Virus record (IMG/VR): IMGVR_UViG_3300005613_000005
Span: 27,213 to 91,212 of that record
DNA length: 64,000 nt
Strand: one strand, 5' to 3'
DNA from: a virus
Lineage: Duplodnaviria > Heunggongvirae > Uroviricota > Caudoviricetes
Shown: positions 26,351 through 35,753 of the stretch, one piece after another
How positions within the stretch are numbered: the stretch's first letter is position 1
Layout: the number at the start of each line of letters is the position of its first letter
Position numbers and translations under genes: made by a program
Notes under the pieces: generated by a model
Database searches by the model: none
What the model was told of the DNA's origin: nothing
Seen by the model: only the letters and a program-made list of their open reading frames with translations

Positions 26351-26535
26351 CAGAAAACATATGGTTAGAATTTCCGTGTCGTTATTGTGGTGAGACAATC
26401 AGTCTCCCTTTCTGCATGTTCAACGGGATAGAAGAACCGCACCACTATCGCTGTACCAAGTGCAACAAAGATTTTTATTACATGTACGATCGAGACATGA
26501 GATTCCACTATATTAATGAAGAGGATTTGACATGA
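26347..26535 (+). CDS. zinc-ribbon protein
   Basis: CRYCG...CTKC. Confidence 0.45.
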   Translation: MTENIWLEFPCRYCGETISLPFCMFNGIEEPHHYRCTKCNKDFYYMYDRDMRFHYINEEDLT

Positions 26536-26711
26536 GAGATCCCAAGAGAATTAAACCATTCTTAGATGAATTAGAAAAATTATGGAAGAAATATCCTGAC
26601 ATGCGATTCTTTCAGTTGATAGACTCTATCATCATATGCAACGGAGATCTTTATTACAAGGAAGACGATGAGGCATTGAAGATAATAAAGAAAATAGACT
26701 TTAAACTTTGA
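26532..26711 (+). CDS. hypothetical protein
   Basis: 59 aa. Confidence 0.4.
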   Translation: MRDPKRIKPFLDELEKLWKKYPDMRFFQLIDSIIICNGDLYYKEDDEALKIIKKIDFKL

Positions 26712-26742
26712 CCGAATCGATCAGTATCTGTGAGGGATATAA

Positions 26743-27153
26743 ATGAGAAGATTACTTGTGATACAAGAGCATAATGCGCTTAAGGCCGGAAAGCATTGGG
26801 ACATCCGTTTCGAGGCTCGCGGCGATACGTTCGCCTACGATACCAAACGACCGGAAACCAACGAACCGCGCGGCACGACAGAAAAAGTACTGCGCAGCTT
26901 TGTTATCCCTAAATGCAGATTTCCCAAAAAACGTGAGTATATCCTGGCTATCCAAACCGAAGATCATCCCTGGAAATATAAAGATTTTGAGGGAGAGATA
27001 GAGCAAGGATACGGCAAAGGACACGTTAGACTAGTGTACAACGATGACATTACGGTATACAAGTTCAAAAATGAGAAGATAACTTTTCATTATGGGGGAG
27101 TTGACTACGTTCTTTTCAAGACCAAGAAGAACTGGTTGATGACGAGGAAATAG
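26743..27153 (+). CDS. LigD-type 3'-phosphoesterase domain protein
   Basis: VIQEHNALKAGKHWDIRFE...SFVIPK...AIQTEDHPWKYKDFEGEI..GYGKG matches LigD_N signature (Q.H.A...H.D.R.E ... EDHP..Y..FEG). Confidence 0.6.
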   Translation: MRRLLVIQEHNALKAGKHWDIRFEARGDTFAYDTKRPETNEPRGTTEKVLRSFVIPKCRFPKKREYILAIQTEDHPWKYKDFEGEIEQGYGKGHVRLVYNDDITVYKFKNEKITFHYGGVDYVLFKTKKNWLMTRK

Positions 27154-27154
27154 T

Positions 27155-27304
27155 ATGAGTTACATGTCAAGGTTATATTTAGAGTTAATAGATGAGTTCT
27201 ATAACGAGCACGACCGTGAACCGACGGAAGAAGAGCTGCAGAAATTATTTGAAAATTGGTGTTCTAGACAGATAGAAAAAGCAGAACAACTGGAGGACAG
27301 ATGA
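27155..27304 (+). CDS. hypothetical small protein
   Basis: 49 aa. Confidence 0.35.
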   Translation: MSYMSRLYLELIDEFYNEHDREPTEEELQKLFENWCSRQIEKAEQLEDR

Positions 27305-27504
27305 ATATCTGGTTAGTTTTTGTAGTATTGATACTGGCGGCATCGTTCATCAACGCATACTGGGTGAGTTGCAAAGAGAAACAGTTAGGCAGAGAGTTAA
27401 CCGTCAGTGAATATTTGCTATATAACTTTATTAGTGCTTTTATCGGAGTTATAGTTATATTACTTATCATGTTTTGTCGGTATGAAGGAGGGTTATTGTG
27501 CTGA
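27301..27504 (+). CDS. small membrane protein
   Basis: two TM segments. Confidence 0.45.
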   Translation: MNIWLVFVVLILAASFINAYWVSCKEKQLGRELTVSEYLLYNFISAFIGVIVILLIMFCRYEGGLLC

Positions 27505-27806
27505 ACCATTTTAGAAAATGGAAAGAGACTGAGAACTGGTATTCGGAAGAAGGTGATTGGAGGATAGCTCTTACCAAAGGTAAGAAATGGAAATGGGGAG
27601 TTTTTTATAAAGGTAAATCTCTTAAAAAAAGCAGTGGTTTTACCCATATAATTGAAGCATCTGAAGCTGCACTTATGGCAGTCAACAAGCTTCAAGAGGA
27701 GACGAAAGATGAGAAAGGCGAAAAATCGAAAGCAAGATCGAAAACTAAAGGCAAAAGAGAACAAGAAGCAAAAAGCAGAAAAAGTTGCCAAGCGCAAAGA
27801 GCGTGA
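27498..27806 (+). CDS. hypothetical Lys-rich protein (frame A)
   Basis: GTG start; overlaps alternative frame 27709..27903. Confidence 0.3.
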   Translation: MLNHFRKWKETENWYSEEGDWRIALTKGKKWKWGVFYKGKSLKKSSGFTHIIEASEAALMAVNKLQEETKDEKGEKSKARSKTKGKREQEAKSRKSCQAQRA

Positions 27807-27903
27807 CCGCAGATACCAGGAATGGCTCGATCTTCCCGTAGAAGAGTGGACCGATGCCAGGAAACGCCGAAACGGTATTTCTGTCGATGAAGAGGTAGAA
27901 TAA
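27709..27903 (+). CDS. hypothetical Lys/Arg-rich protein (frame B)
   Basis: ATG 27709; ends 5 nt before next gene. Confidence 0.3.
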   Translation: MRKAKNRKQDRKLKAKENKKQKAEKVAKRKERDRRYQEWLDLPVEEWTDARKRRNGISVDEEVE

Positions 27904-27907
27904 TACA

Positions 27908-28540
27908 ATGAAATGTAAACAGTGTGGTATAATTTTTCGAAAAACTGGTCGCAATCATTTATATTGTTGCAGGAGCTGTCAACAAAAATTTAATCGTCAT
28001 TCTAAAATTGTTGATAAGGTGTGTGTTATATGCGGTGCGACATTTTCTACTAAAGAAGGTTACATAGATAAAAATACGTGTTCTAAAAGATGTTCAAATA
28101 AGCGATATTATATAAACAATAAACAAAGAATAAACAAAAATAGTAGGGAGTATTATCAAAAGAACAAATTAACTCAAAATAAATATAAAAAAGAAAGATA
28201 TCACAGTAATTTAACGGCAAGAGTTAGTAACGTGCTGCGACGTAGATTAGGACACGCTCTTAAAGACAATCAAAAATCAGGCTCAGCTGTTAAAAATTTA
28301 GGATGTACTGTTAAACAACTTAAAGAATACTTGGAAAGCAAATGGTTGCCAGGCATGTCTTGGGATAATTATGGACGGTATAATCCTAAAAGGAAAACAT
28401 GGCATATAGATCATATTCGTCCTTTGAGTAAATTTGATTTAACTAACGAAGAGCAGTTTAAAAAAGCTTGTCATTACACTAATTTACAGCCTATGTGGGC
28501 TGAAGACAATATAAAGAAAAGCAATATGTTGACGAATTAA
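27908..28540 (+). CDS. HNH homing endonuclease
   Basis: N-terminal CKQCG/CCRSC Zn finger; C-terminal GSAVKNLGC...SWDNYG...WHIDHIRPLS..N.QP.W..DN block shared with 40808 and 40009 copies. Confidence 0.7.
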   Translation: MKCKQCGIIFRKTGRNHLYCCRSCQQKFNRHSKIVDKVCVICGATFSTKEGYIDKNTCSKRCSNKRYYINNKQRINKNSREYYQKNKLTQNKYKKERYHSNLTARVSNVLRRRLGHALKDNQKSGSAVKNLGCTVKQLKEYLESKWLPGMSWDNYGRYNPKRKTWHIDHIRPLSKFDLTNEEQFKKACHYTNLQPMWAEDNIKKSNMLTN

Positions 28541-28586
28541 TAGTGCTTTTTATGGGAATAACATGAGAAGAGTAAGGAGAAATTTT

Positions 28587-28886
28587 ATGTTCCATTCATA
28601 TGGTCCTAATCGGTATATTTGTTCAGTTTTTGATGAGATGCGTGAATGCATAAAAACTTTAAACTTTAGCTATATGAAGAGTTTGATAGAAGAGGCTCAG
28701 GTAATGGCTAATCGAATGGAAGCAGCTTTGTCAGACCAGAGCGACGTCAGGGAGCTCAGCGAACAGCGCCGCAAGCTCAACAAAGAGCTGAAAGCCCTGT
28801 ATGAGGAGCGTACCAAGCTCAAGGAAGAGCTAGCTGATCTCAAGAAAACAGCCGGCAAGGACGTCGAGGAAGACGAAGATGAGTAG
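28587..28886 (+). CDS. hypothetical protein
   Basis: trimmed to ATG 28587 after AGGAGA. Confidence 0.45.
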   Translation: MFHSYGPNRYICSVFDEMRECIKTLNFSYMKSLIEEAQVMANRMEAALSDQSDVRELSEQRRKLNKELKALYEERTKLKEELADLKKTAGKDVEEDEDE

Positions 28887-29109
28887 GTTGTACGTGACGT
28901 ACGGCACGGACCGCACCGGCAAGAGCCAGCGCGGTAACGAGTTCGCTGTAGCCGAGGTGCGCTGGGGATCGAAAGGCGACTCCAGGTTGGCCGTGAACGT
29001 CGAGGTGTGGTGGCCGAAGGACCAACCCAAACCCAAGATCCTAGTACGCTACGGCGATGAGTGGATCGATGAGGTTATCGAGGAGACCGTGTTGAAGGAG
29101 ATTGAATGA
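28879..29109 (+). CDS. hypothetical protein
   Basis: 76 aa, GC-rich codons. Confidence 0.45.
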   Translation: MSRLYVTYGTDRTGKSQRGNEFAVAEVRWGSKGDSRLAVNVEVWWPKDQPKPKILVRYGDEWIDEVIEETVLKEIE

Positions 29110-29444
29110 AAGAATACCCGATGATCGAACGAAAACGCCGCGAGATAATAAACTTGAACGAGAACGGGAGACCGACGTCTCTCGTGCGCGAGTTCAACGA
29201 CCATAAACCTCTCAGGCAATCAAAGCGAGATCATCTCAAAGAGATGCGCCGGGGTCTAATAATATTCGCGGCGGGGATAACGATCATGACGCTGTTCGTG
29301 GTGCTCGTTCTGAGACCTTGGGAGAAGGACCTGGTCAAGCGAGCGCACGATATGGTCAAGGAACAGGTCGAGGTAAACCACGATCTGGTCGACCGCTACA
29401 ACGATCTCGCGGACCGGTACCGTGAGCTGTGGAGGTCGAGATGA
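29106..29444 (+). CDS. membrane protein
   Basis: central TM segment. Confidence 0.5.
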   Translation: MKEYPMIERKRREIINLNENGRPTSLVREFNDHKPLRQSKRDHLKEMRRGLIIFAAGITIMTLFVVLVLRPWEKDLVKRAHDMVKEQVEVNHDLVDRYNDLADRYRELWRSR

Positions 29445-29590
29445 GGTGGGCGATAGCGTTGGCCTTACTATTAAGTATAAGCTGTTCCACAACTAAGAAC
29501 TACTACGTCTGCACCGACGACCCGGAGGATCAGGGTCTGTGGGCAGTTCTGGACCAGCTCGCTGAGGAAGACGAAGATGAAGAAGACTAA
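29441..29590 (+). CDS. small lipoprotein-like protein
   Basis: ALLLSISCSTT lipobox-like. Confidence 0.4.
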   Translation: MRWAIALALLLSISCSTTKNYYVCTDDPEDQGLWAVLDQLAEEDEDEED

Positions 29591-29770
29591 GTTCGTGAAG
29601 GACGTTAAAAAAGACTGGAGAGATGGACGGGGATTCCCTCTTGGAGAAGTGGATCAACGCGTATTTAACTTACCGGTTCACGCTCTCGAAAGACATGCCC
29701 AGCGACGAGTGCTTGAGCGAGGCGAGGGCTATACTCAAGGCCATCAGGTCGGGCAAGTTCGGAGGTATAG

Positions 29771-29926
29771 ATGATTAAGAAGGTACTGATCTTGCTGGTG
29801 CTCGGTGCTGTAGGCGGATGGTATGCGGGTATAATTGGTCTGAGCAGTTCAAACGATGTTTACAGCGTTAGTCTTAACGTTGGTAAGATACTAAAATTCA
29901 TAGACGATGTTCGGGAGGACAGATGA
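29771..29926 (+). CDS. small membrane protein
   Basis: TM segment. Confidence 0.35.
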   Translation: MIKKVLILLVLGAVGGWYAGIIGLSSSNDVYSVSLNVGKILKFIDDVREDR

Positions 29927-30117
29927 AAGATAAATTTAAGATAGTAGGTGATTGTCTAGTGTTGGTAGGCAAACGCTTAGTCAAACTAAGCAAAGATCTA
30001 GTGACTCCGCTCAAGGCCATGGGGCCCTTTTTAAAAGAGATTGGGGCATTGATATACGCGGCGACAGTCGATATCATCAAATTAGAAATTCAATGTTTCA
30101 AAGACTTAATTAAATAA
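29923..30117 (+). CDS. hypothetical protein
   Basis: 64 aa. Confidence 0.4.
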   Translation: MKDKFKIVGDCLVLVGKRLVKLSKDLVTPLKAMGPFLKEIGALIYAATVDIIKLEIQCFKDLIK

Positions 30118-30159
30118 GACTTCAAAGCGGGAACATCCGCGACTCATAACCCTCACGTT

Positions 30160-30196
30160 GGTCGTGCTTATTCAAAACGTAAGCACGACCTTTTTT
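30160..30196 (+). terminator. rho-independent terminator
   Basis: GGTCGTGCTTA..TAAGCACGACC + TTTTTT. Confidence 0.6.
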
Positions 30197-30198
30197 AT

Positions 30199-30207
30199 TG
30201 GTATAAT
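30199..30207 (+). promoter_or_regulatory. extended -10 promoter TGGTATAAT
   Basis: 6 nt upstream of ATG 30214. Confidence 0.4.
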
Positions 30208-30213
30208 CTAAGT

Positions 30214-30417
30214 ATGTTTCCTTTTAACTACAACCTAGACAACGATCCTGAATGGGATTACCTCGACGATAAAGACTACGCTGACGGTTTTCGTTTCAAA
30301 AAATACTCAAACAAGAACAAGAAATGTGAATGTGGCTTAGACGCTGCTATCAAAGCTGGTGCTACCGGCGGCAGACACGCTGAGTATTGTCCGAAATACG
30401 AACGCCGCCGCGACTGA
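30214..30417 (+). CDS. hypothetical protein
   Basis: 67 aa; stop TGA lies inside motif copy 4. Confidence 0.45.
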   Translation: MFPFNYNLDNDPEWDYLDDKDYADGFRFKKYSNKNKKCECGLDAAIKAGATGGRHAEYCPKYERRRD

Positions 30418-30428
30418 CACTGCTACGC
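30414..30428 (+). repeat. 16-nt motif CTGACACTGCTACGC (copy 4)
   Basis: overlaps stop of 30214..30417; followed by AAACCGATACGAAT promoter-motif variant. Confidence 0.65.
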
Positions 30429-30495
30429 TCTCCTCTCCGGCCAAAAAGTCAAACCGATACGAATAAAACAAGGATAATTTTATACTGGAGTAATC

Positions 30496-31167
30496 ATGAG
30501 ATTATGGATCGTTGTATTCTTACTTACACTAAGTCTTGACGCCAAGACGATAAGGATAGCGGTCATCGACAGCGGCATACACCGTACAGCATGGGACAAC
30601 AAAGCTCGATATGGTCTATGCAAAAAAGGTCACAAAGACTTTACAGGCACTGGCATAATAGACGACGACGGTCATGGCACTAATGTGTCTAGCTTGATAC
30701 ATTCTAAAGCAAAGAACACGAAATACTGTCAGGTGATAATTAAATTCTATACCTCTAAAAAACCATGGAACATGGACAGATATCTGAGAGCTCTGTTACA
30801 CGCCGTAACCTCTAAGGTAAACATCATTAATATAAGTGCTGCGGGTGACGGTTACAACCCAACTGAGCGTTGGCTAATACGACTTGCGTTCAGAAAAGGT
30901 ATCAAGGTCGTAGTAGCCGCCGGCAACGATGACAAAGATATAAATCTTAATCCAACGTATCCAGCCTCGTATGACAGAAGATTGATCGTGGTTGGTAATA
31001 AAAATAAAAGAGGCGTTCAAGACCACAGCAACTGGGGAAAGATCGTCGACGTTTTTGTGTCGGCGCACGATGTATCAGGAGACTACAATTTCGCTACCCC
31101 AATGTCAGGTACGTCACAAGCTACTGCTTTGGTCAGCGGATTGTTGATCAAAAAATTAAATAAATAG
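30496..31167 (+). CDS. secreted subtilisin-like serine protease (S8), minimal
   Basis: signal peptide; IAVIDSGI (Asp), DDDGHGTNV (His), AAGNDD, GTSQATALVSG (Ser). Confidence 0.75.
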   Translation: MRLWIVVFLLTLSLDAKTIRIAVIDSGIHRTAWDNKARYGLCKKGHKDFTGTGIIDDDGHGTNVSSLIHSKAKNTKYCQVIIKFYTSKKPWNMDRYLRALLHAVTSKVNIINISAAGDGYNPTERWLIRLAFRKGIKVVVAAGNDDKDINLNPTYPASYDRRLIVVGNKNKRGVQDHSNWGKIVDVFVSAHDVSGDYNFATPMSGTSQATALVSGLLIKKLNK

Positions 31168-31175
31168 GAGGAAGT

Positions 31176-31373
31176 ATGTTGATGAGATTGTTGGTGTACG
31201 CGATCTTGTTTATCGTTCCGGCTTATTTCTTAATAAGATGGGCGATAAAGGCGTACAAAAAAGCCGTGTTAGAAGAAAAAGCAGAACAACTAGACGATGA
31301 AAAGTTGTTTGGTAGGCGAATCAACAAATATCTCAAGAACAGGCGTGATATTGAAGAGTTTAAAGAGTTATAA
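31176..31373 (+). CDS. small membrane protein
   Basis: single TM segment. Confidence 0.5.
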   Translation: MLMRLLVYAILFIVPAYFLIRWAIKAYKKAVLEEKAEQLDDEKLFGRRINKYLKNRRDIEEFKEL

Positions 31374-31391
31374 TTTTAAAGAGGAGCTAAC

Positions 31392-32624
31392 ATGAAAAAG
31401 TATTTTATTCTGGGAGCAGCGGTTATCGGCCTGCTGTTTTTACTCTCGTTCGCCGGTAGTGTTTTTGAGACCAATGATCTTGGTTATTATCAGGTTAAAC
31501 AGGCTGCTATAACAGGTGATGTAAGTATAAGAAATGAACCTGGAACTTATCTGCAGAATTTTGGCAACATCAAGACCTATAAGATAGCAGACATATACTA
31601 TTTTTCAAAGCACAGTGAAGAAGGTGGAGATAGTCTGTCAGCAGCACCGATCAAAGTTACGTTCAACGGACGGTCAACCGCTGACATCACGGGTGTTTTA
31701 AAATACAGACTTTCTCGTAAGTTTGAAAATCAAGAGGCGCTTGCAGCAGAATACGGTTCTAATACCGCTGTCAAAGAAGAACTCATAAGACAAGCCGTTA
31801 ACGAAGCCTTGATTCAATCAGCTATTACCATGACAGCAGAGGAAGCTTATGCGCCAAGACTGGCGGAGTTTAAGAAACTGGCCGAAGATCAGTTGAAACA
31901 TGGTATCTACGAGAAATACTCAGAAACCGTTACAATTGAAGATCCAGCAGATCCAACTAAAAAACTAACGGCTAAAGTAGTTAGTGTTAAACGTAATAAA
32001 GACGGCAACCCAACCCTTGATTCTGTATCACCCCTTAAAAAGTACGGAATTGAGATCATACAGTTCACCATCAAGGATATAGATTTTGATGCTAGAACCG
32101 ACGAACTATTTGCTAAGAAAAAGGATGCAGAGATGAAGAAAATCGTAGCAGCTTCTGAAGCTCAAAAAGCTCAGCAAGATGCTATTACGGCTAAAGCACA
32201 AGGAGACGCTAGGATCGCCACTGCAAAAGCGAACGCTGAAGTTGAAAAGAAAACTGCCGTGATCAACGCTCAGAAAGAAAAAGAAGTTGCTGTGTTAGAA
32301 GCTCAGAAAAAATTTGAGGTCGCAGAATTTGAGAAGAAACAAGCCAAAGAAGAAGCCGCTGCTAAATTGGCCAGGGGAGAGGCTATCGCTAGAGTTAATA
32401 AACTTAAAGTAACAGCTGGTCTTACTCCTCAGGAAAGAGCTGAGTACAAGATGAAGACCGCCATCGGCGTAGCAGCTGAACTGGCTAAAGTCAAATTTCC
32501 TGGGATGATGGTACTCGGTGGTGGAAGCAACGGTAAAGGCGCCGTTGATCCTTTCGCTGCTGTTGGACTTGAAACCTTCATGAAAATCAACGATCGTATC
32601 TCCAACAAAGACAACGCGAAATAA
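31392..32624 (+). CDS. SPFH/band-7 (flotillin/YqiK-like) membrane protein
   Basis: N-terminal TM, SPFH-like core, long Ala/Lys/Glu coiled-coil (AEAQKAQQDAITAKAQGDARIATAKANAEVEKK). Confidence 0.6.
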   Translation: MKKYFILGAAVIGLLFLLSFAGSVFETNDLGYYQVKQAAITGDVSIRNEPGTYLQNFGNIKTYKIADIYYFSKHSEEGGDSLSAAPIKVTFNGRSTADITGVLKYRLSRKFENQEALAAEYGSNTAVKEELIRQAVNEALIQSAITMTAEEAYAPRLAEFKKLAEDQLKHGIYEKYSETVTIEDPADPTKKLTAKVVSVKRNKDGNPTLDSVSPLKKYGIEIIQFTIKDIDFDARTDELFAKKKDAEMKKIVAASEAQKAQQDAITAKAQGDARIATAKANAEVEKKTAVINAQKEKEVAVLEAQKKFEVAEFEKKQAKEEAAAKLARGEAIARVNKLKVTAGLTPQERAEYKMKTAIGVAAELAKVKFPGMMVLGGGSNGKGAVDPFAAVGLETFMKINDRISNKDNAK

Positions 32625-32671
32625 CAAGTAGAATAAATTACGGGGGAGCAAATTGCTCCCCCAGAGCTGTT

Positions 32672-32893
32672 ATGGAAATAAAAGATATCGCAAAAATTAA
32701 ATTAGGTATAGACGACGTCTTGGTAGTACAGTTACCAGGTGGTACTAATTGTAGTATCGTAAAGCATGTACGTAAAACTTTGAATAAAATCTTTTTCGGC
32801 AACCAAGTCATAGTGTATTCTGGAGATATCGACTGGAAAATTATTAGCAAAGAAGACATAATCGAAAAGATTATATTAAACGGTGAAGAATGA
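32672..32893 (+). CDS. hypothetical protein
   Basis: 73 aa. Confidence 0.45.
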   Translation: MEIKDIAKIKLGIDDVLVVQLPGGTNCSIVKHVRKTLNKIFFGNQVIVYSGDIDWKIISKEDIIEKIILNGEE

Positions 32894-33135
32894 TAGTTTT
32901 ATTGGTCAAAAAAGGGTTCATTCATCCCACGTACAAGTTCGAGATCAACGATCTTAAAGAACTAGACGAATTATGTCCTGAGCTCAAAAACAGAGGATAT
33001 GAGATATTCGTTGACAAATGTGGTCAGAATTCTCAGGGTGAATACGCTGACAGACAAGGTGATATTCGCTGTGGGTATTGTGGTCATATTATCATAGACG
33101 AAAAGGAATGTCCGTTTTGCAAGAAGATAGTCTAA
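32890..33135 (+). CDS. zinc-ribbon protein
   Basis: CGYCG...CPFC. Confidence 0.45.
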   Translation: MIVLLVKKGFIHPTYKFEINDLKELDELCPELKNRGYEIFVDKCGQNSQGEYADRQGDIRCGYCGHIIIDEKECPFCKKIV

Positions 33136-33368
33136 GATTTTTTGAAACTTCTAATTTCTTGTTTGATTTTCAAGAAATGGTCTGTTATTTCAAAATACAT
33201 ACAGATTACATACACAAAAATTATATATGGAACTATGAACGTCCATTACCGCTTATAATTAAAAACGATCGATTGCGAATTAAGATAACAAAACGACCAC
33301 AAGACCTTATATTCTGTCACGAAACGATTGACGAAGCATACGCTGATTATATATTGTTGAGGGGATGA
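33108..33368 (+). CDS. hypothetical protein (tentative start)
   Basis: in-frame ATG 33108; overlaps previous gene. Confidence 0.35.
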   Translation: MSVLQEDSLRFFETSNFLFDFQEMVCYFKIHTDYIHKNYIWNYERPLPLIIKNDRLRIKITKRPQDLIFCHETIDEAYADYILLRG

Positions 33369-33907
33369 TGATAATAGTAGTTTTCGGAAAGATACGCAGC
33401 GGCAAGACTACGGTCACGGACCTGATTTTAAAATATGCTAAGAAACATAAGATTTCATTGCGAAACAAGCGCTTCGGCGGTCCGATATACGAGTCAGTCA
33501 AAGAGTTCTACGCCAAACATGATTTAAAGTTCAGGAAATTCAGGCCGATGTTCGATGCGATGGGACAAGCTTTGTCCGAGCATACATCGTGGGAAGAAGA
33601 TAAGTTATTGACTTATTTTAAAGAAGATTTTGACCCTGACGAACATATCATAGTCGATGACTGCAGGCGCAAGAAACAAGCTGATTTTTTACGGAAACAC
33701 GGTGCGATATTCATCCAAGTTCGATGCGACGACAACATCCGTAAAAAACGATGTAAATCTGGAGAATGGACGGAAAATCATATAAGCGATGATGACTTGA
33801 TCTTCTACCACAAAGACTACGTGATAATCAACAAACAGTCCAAACGAAAACTGAAAAAAAATGTAGATACTATATGCAAATTGATATTCGGTAAAATATA
33901 TGAGTGA
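33365..33907 (+). CDS. P-loop kinase (polynucleotide/dNMP kinase-like)
   Basis: Walker A VVFGKIRSGKTTV; DDCRRKKQ; ATGA-coupled to downstream phosphoesterase. Confidence 0.55.
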   Translation: MMIIVVFGKIRSGKTTVTDLILKYAKKHKISLRNKRFGGPIYESVKEFYAKHDLKFRKFRPMFDAMGQALSEHTSWEEDKLLTYFKEDFDPDEHIIVDDCRRKKQADFLRKHGAIFIQVRCDDNIRKKRCKSGEWTENHISDDDLIFYHKDYVIINKQSKRKLKKNVDTICKLIFGKIYE

Positions 33908-34488
33908 AATGGTTTATCGCAGACACTCATTTTTTTCATAAAGCAGCTATAAGACACAATCGACGTCCGTTCAAAACAATCGAAGAGATGAACGATCATA
34001 TCGTCAAACAGTGGAACCAGCACATAAAGAAAAAAGATACTGTTTACGTAGTGGGTGATTTTTCCTGGGGTAACCAAGCGATGATCAAAGAGATGGTACA
34101 CAAACTCCACGGCTACAAGATCCTGGTGTTAGGAAACCACGACAAACGAGCGTGGCAGATGATACGTGCCGGCTTTCAGGACGTAAGAGAAAACTTCTAT
34201 ATTGACTTAAACGGCCATCAAGTTTACCTGAGTCATTATCCTTATTATCCCAGTTGGTGGACTCGTTTTAAGTTATGGTGGAACGGATATGCTAAATGGA
34301 AACGATACGCACACAAGACGATGCGTCGCGATGGTCACTGGTTGATACACGGTCACATACACAACAACCGTCACGCGTGGAAGGTTAAAAACAAACAGAT
34401 CAATGTGGGCGTTGACCAATGGGATTTTAAACCTGTATCAGAAAAACAGATATTGGAGATCATAGATGGACGTAAAAAACACGGGTAG
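33904..34488 (+). CDS. calcineurin-like metallophosphoesterase
   Basis: ADTHF, GDF, GNHD, GHIH metal-binding motifs. Confidence 0.65.
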   Translation: MKWFIADTHFFHKAAIRHNRRPFKTIEEMNDHIVKQWNQHIKKKDTVYVVGDFSWGNQAMIKEMVHKLHGYKILVLGNHDKRAWQMIRAGFQDVRENFYIDLNGHQVYLSHYPYYPSWWTRFKLWWNGYAKWKRYAHKTMRRDGHWLIHGHIHNNRHAWKVKNKQINVGVDQWDFKPVSEKQILEIIDGRKKHG

Positions 34489-34795
34489 TTGGGCTCTGTT
34501 CAAAGGTCTGTATCAGACGCGTTTACCTAATCCTTATAATTACTACGATGAGCAACCAGAATGCGATTGCGTACACGTGTGGTTGGGTGATACTTTTTAC
34601 GAATTTTTTGAAGATCCAGGTGATGGTTACAGATCGTTCTGTCGCATCACATCGACCTGCGCGAGACCTGAAAACTCAACGTTCGCGCTAGAAAAGACAC
34701 CGGTCAGGGTATGGGTGGTCGAAGGATCATTTGAACCAGAGTCCGAGTACGCCGATGAACCGTTTGAAGGATTGGTGTTGATAGGCGATGAGTAG
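34466..34795 (+). CDS. hypothetical protein
   Basis: 109 aa. Confidence 0.45.
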   Translation: MDVKNTGSWALFKGLYQTRLPNPYNYYDEQPECDCVHVWLGDTFYEFFEDPGDGYRSFCRITSTCARPENSTFALEKTPVRVWVVEGSFEPESEYADEPFEGLVLIGDE

Positions 34796-35015
34796 ATTTG
34801 ACGATAGGACCTTGGGATGGACGAGATACATAGTCAGCAACCTTGACAAATATCGTGATGATATACTTGATCTAGCAGTTAAGGACCTGACTGGCGTAAT
34901 CGTATGCGGCGAATATGATTTTCAGCGAGATGAGGCTTATCATTTGTTTAAGATCATCGACAAAGAAATAACAAGGCGTCAGATAAACCGAGCTATAGAG
35001 GAACTATTATCATGA
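34788..35015 (+). CDS. hypothetical protein
   Basis: 75 aa. Confidence 0.45.
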   Translation: MSRFDDRTLGWTRYIVSNLDKYRDDILDLAVKDLTGVIVCGEYDFQRDEAYHLFKIIDKEITRRQINRAIEELLS

Positions 35016-35287
35016 CACGTGAAGAAGCATATAAAGAACTGTATTACGTTTTAAATAAAATTCAGCAGCTTGACAACAGCGCCGCGACTGCTGGCATGGG
35101 TATTAAAAGTAAAATTCGCTGGATAATGATCAATTTAACATCGCAAGAATGCGAGATAATCCTTATGTATAATGATATAGTCATAAAAGACAAGACATAC
35201 GTCAACGCGTATCCTCACCCTGATTTGATAGAGGCTATACGTAAGCGTGTGATAGATGAAAATATAAGAAATTTTTTAGAGGAGTAA
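35012..35287 (+). CDS. hypothetical protein
   Basis: 91 aa. Confidence 0.45.
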   Translation: MTREEAYKELYYVLNKIQQLDNSAATAGMGIKSKIRWIMINLTSQECEIILMYNDIVIKDKTYVNAYPHPDLIEAIRKRVIDENIRNFLEE

Positions 35288-35289
35288 GT

Positions 35290-35514
35290 ATGATCAGTTA
35301 TGTTAAAGCTAAAAAAATAGCGGATAAACCTGAAAATGAACTTAAAACATTTAAGGCAGTTAGTGACTACATACGGGCGTTTGCTGACCTAGGTTTTCAC
35401 AACTGCAGTATCCTAGTAGCACCACAGAAAGTAAACCTCGTTGTTAGTAAATTAGAAGAAAGTGGTTTCGACGTGTTCTTCTCTGGTGATTACCTAGAAG
35501 TGGAGTGGTTCTGA
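35290..35514 (+). CDS. hypothetical protein
   Basis: 74 aa. Confidence 0.45.
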   Translation: MISYVKAKKIADKPENELKTFKAVSDYIRAFADLGFHNCSILVAPQKVNLVVSKLEESGFDVFFSGDYLEVEWF

Positions 35515-35753
35515 TGTTTAAGATCGGTGATTTATTAAAGATCAAGATGGACCAGTTTGAGTATCAGTACGGCGGGTGTGCCAACACGACGGTTTACAAA
35601 ACGTTAAAAAAAACGGCTGAGCAGTACAGATATAAAGTTTTGTCCAAAACAGCCGGTTCGTATGAGTTAGAACGCTCCGATGGTCAAGTTGATACTAAGT
35701 CAATACAAGAAGTTCATCAACTTTTAGAGCTAGTTACTTCTGATGACGTTTAG
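35505..35753 (+). CDS. hypothetical protein
   Basis: 82 aa. Confidence 0.45.
   Translation: MVLMFKIGDLLKIKMDQFEYQYGGCANTTVYKTLKKTAEQYRYKVLSKTAGSYELERSDGQVDTKSIQEVHQLLELVTSDDV

Noticed and set aside
27264-27908. 214-aa minus-strand ORF
   Set aside because: It lies antisense to several well-supported coupled plus-strand genes and is low complexity (F/S-rich) from the AAG/AAA-rich sense strand.
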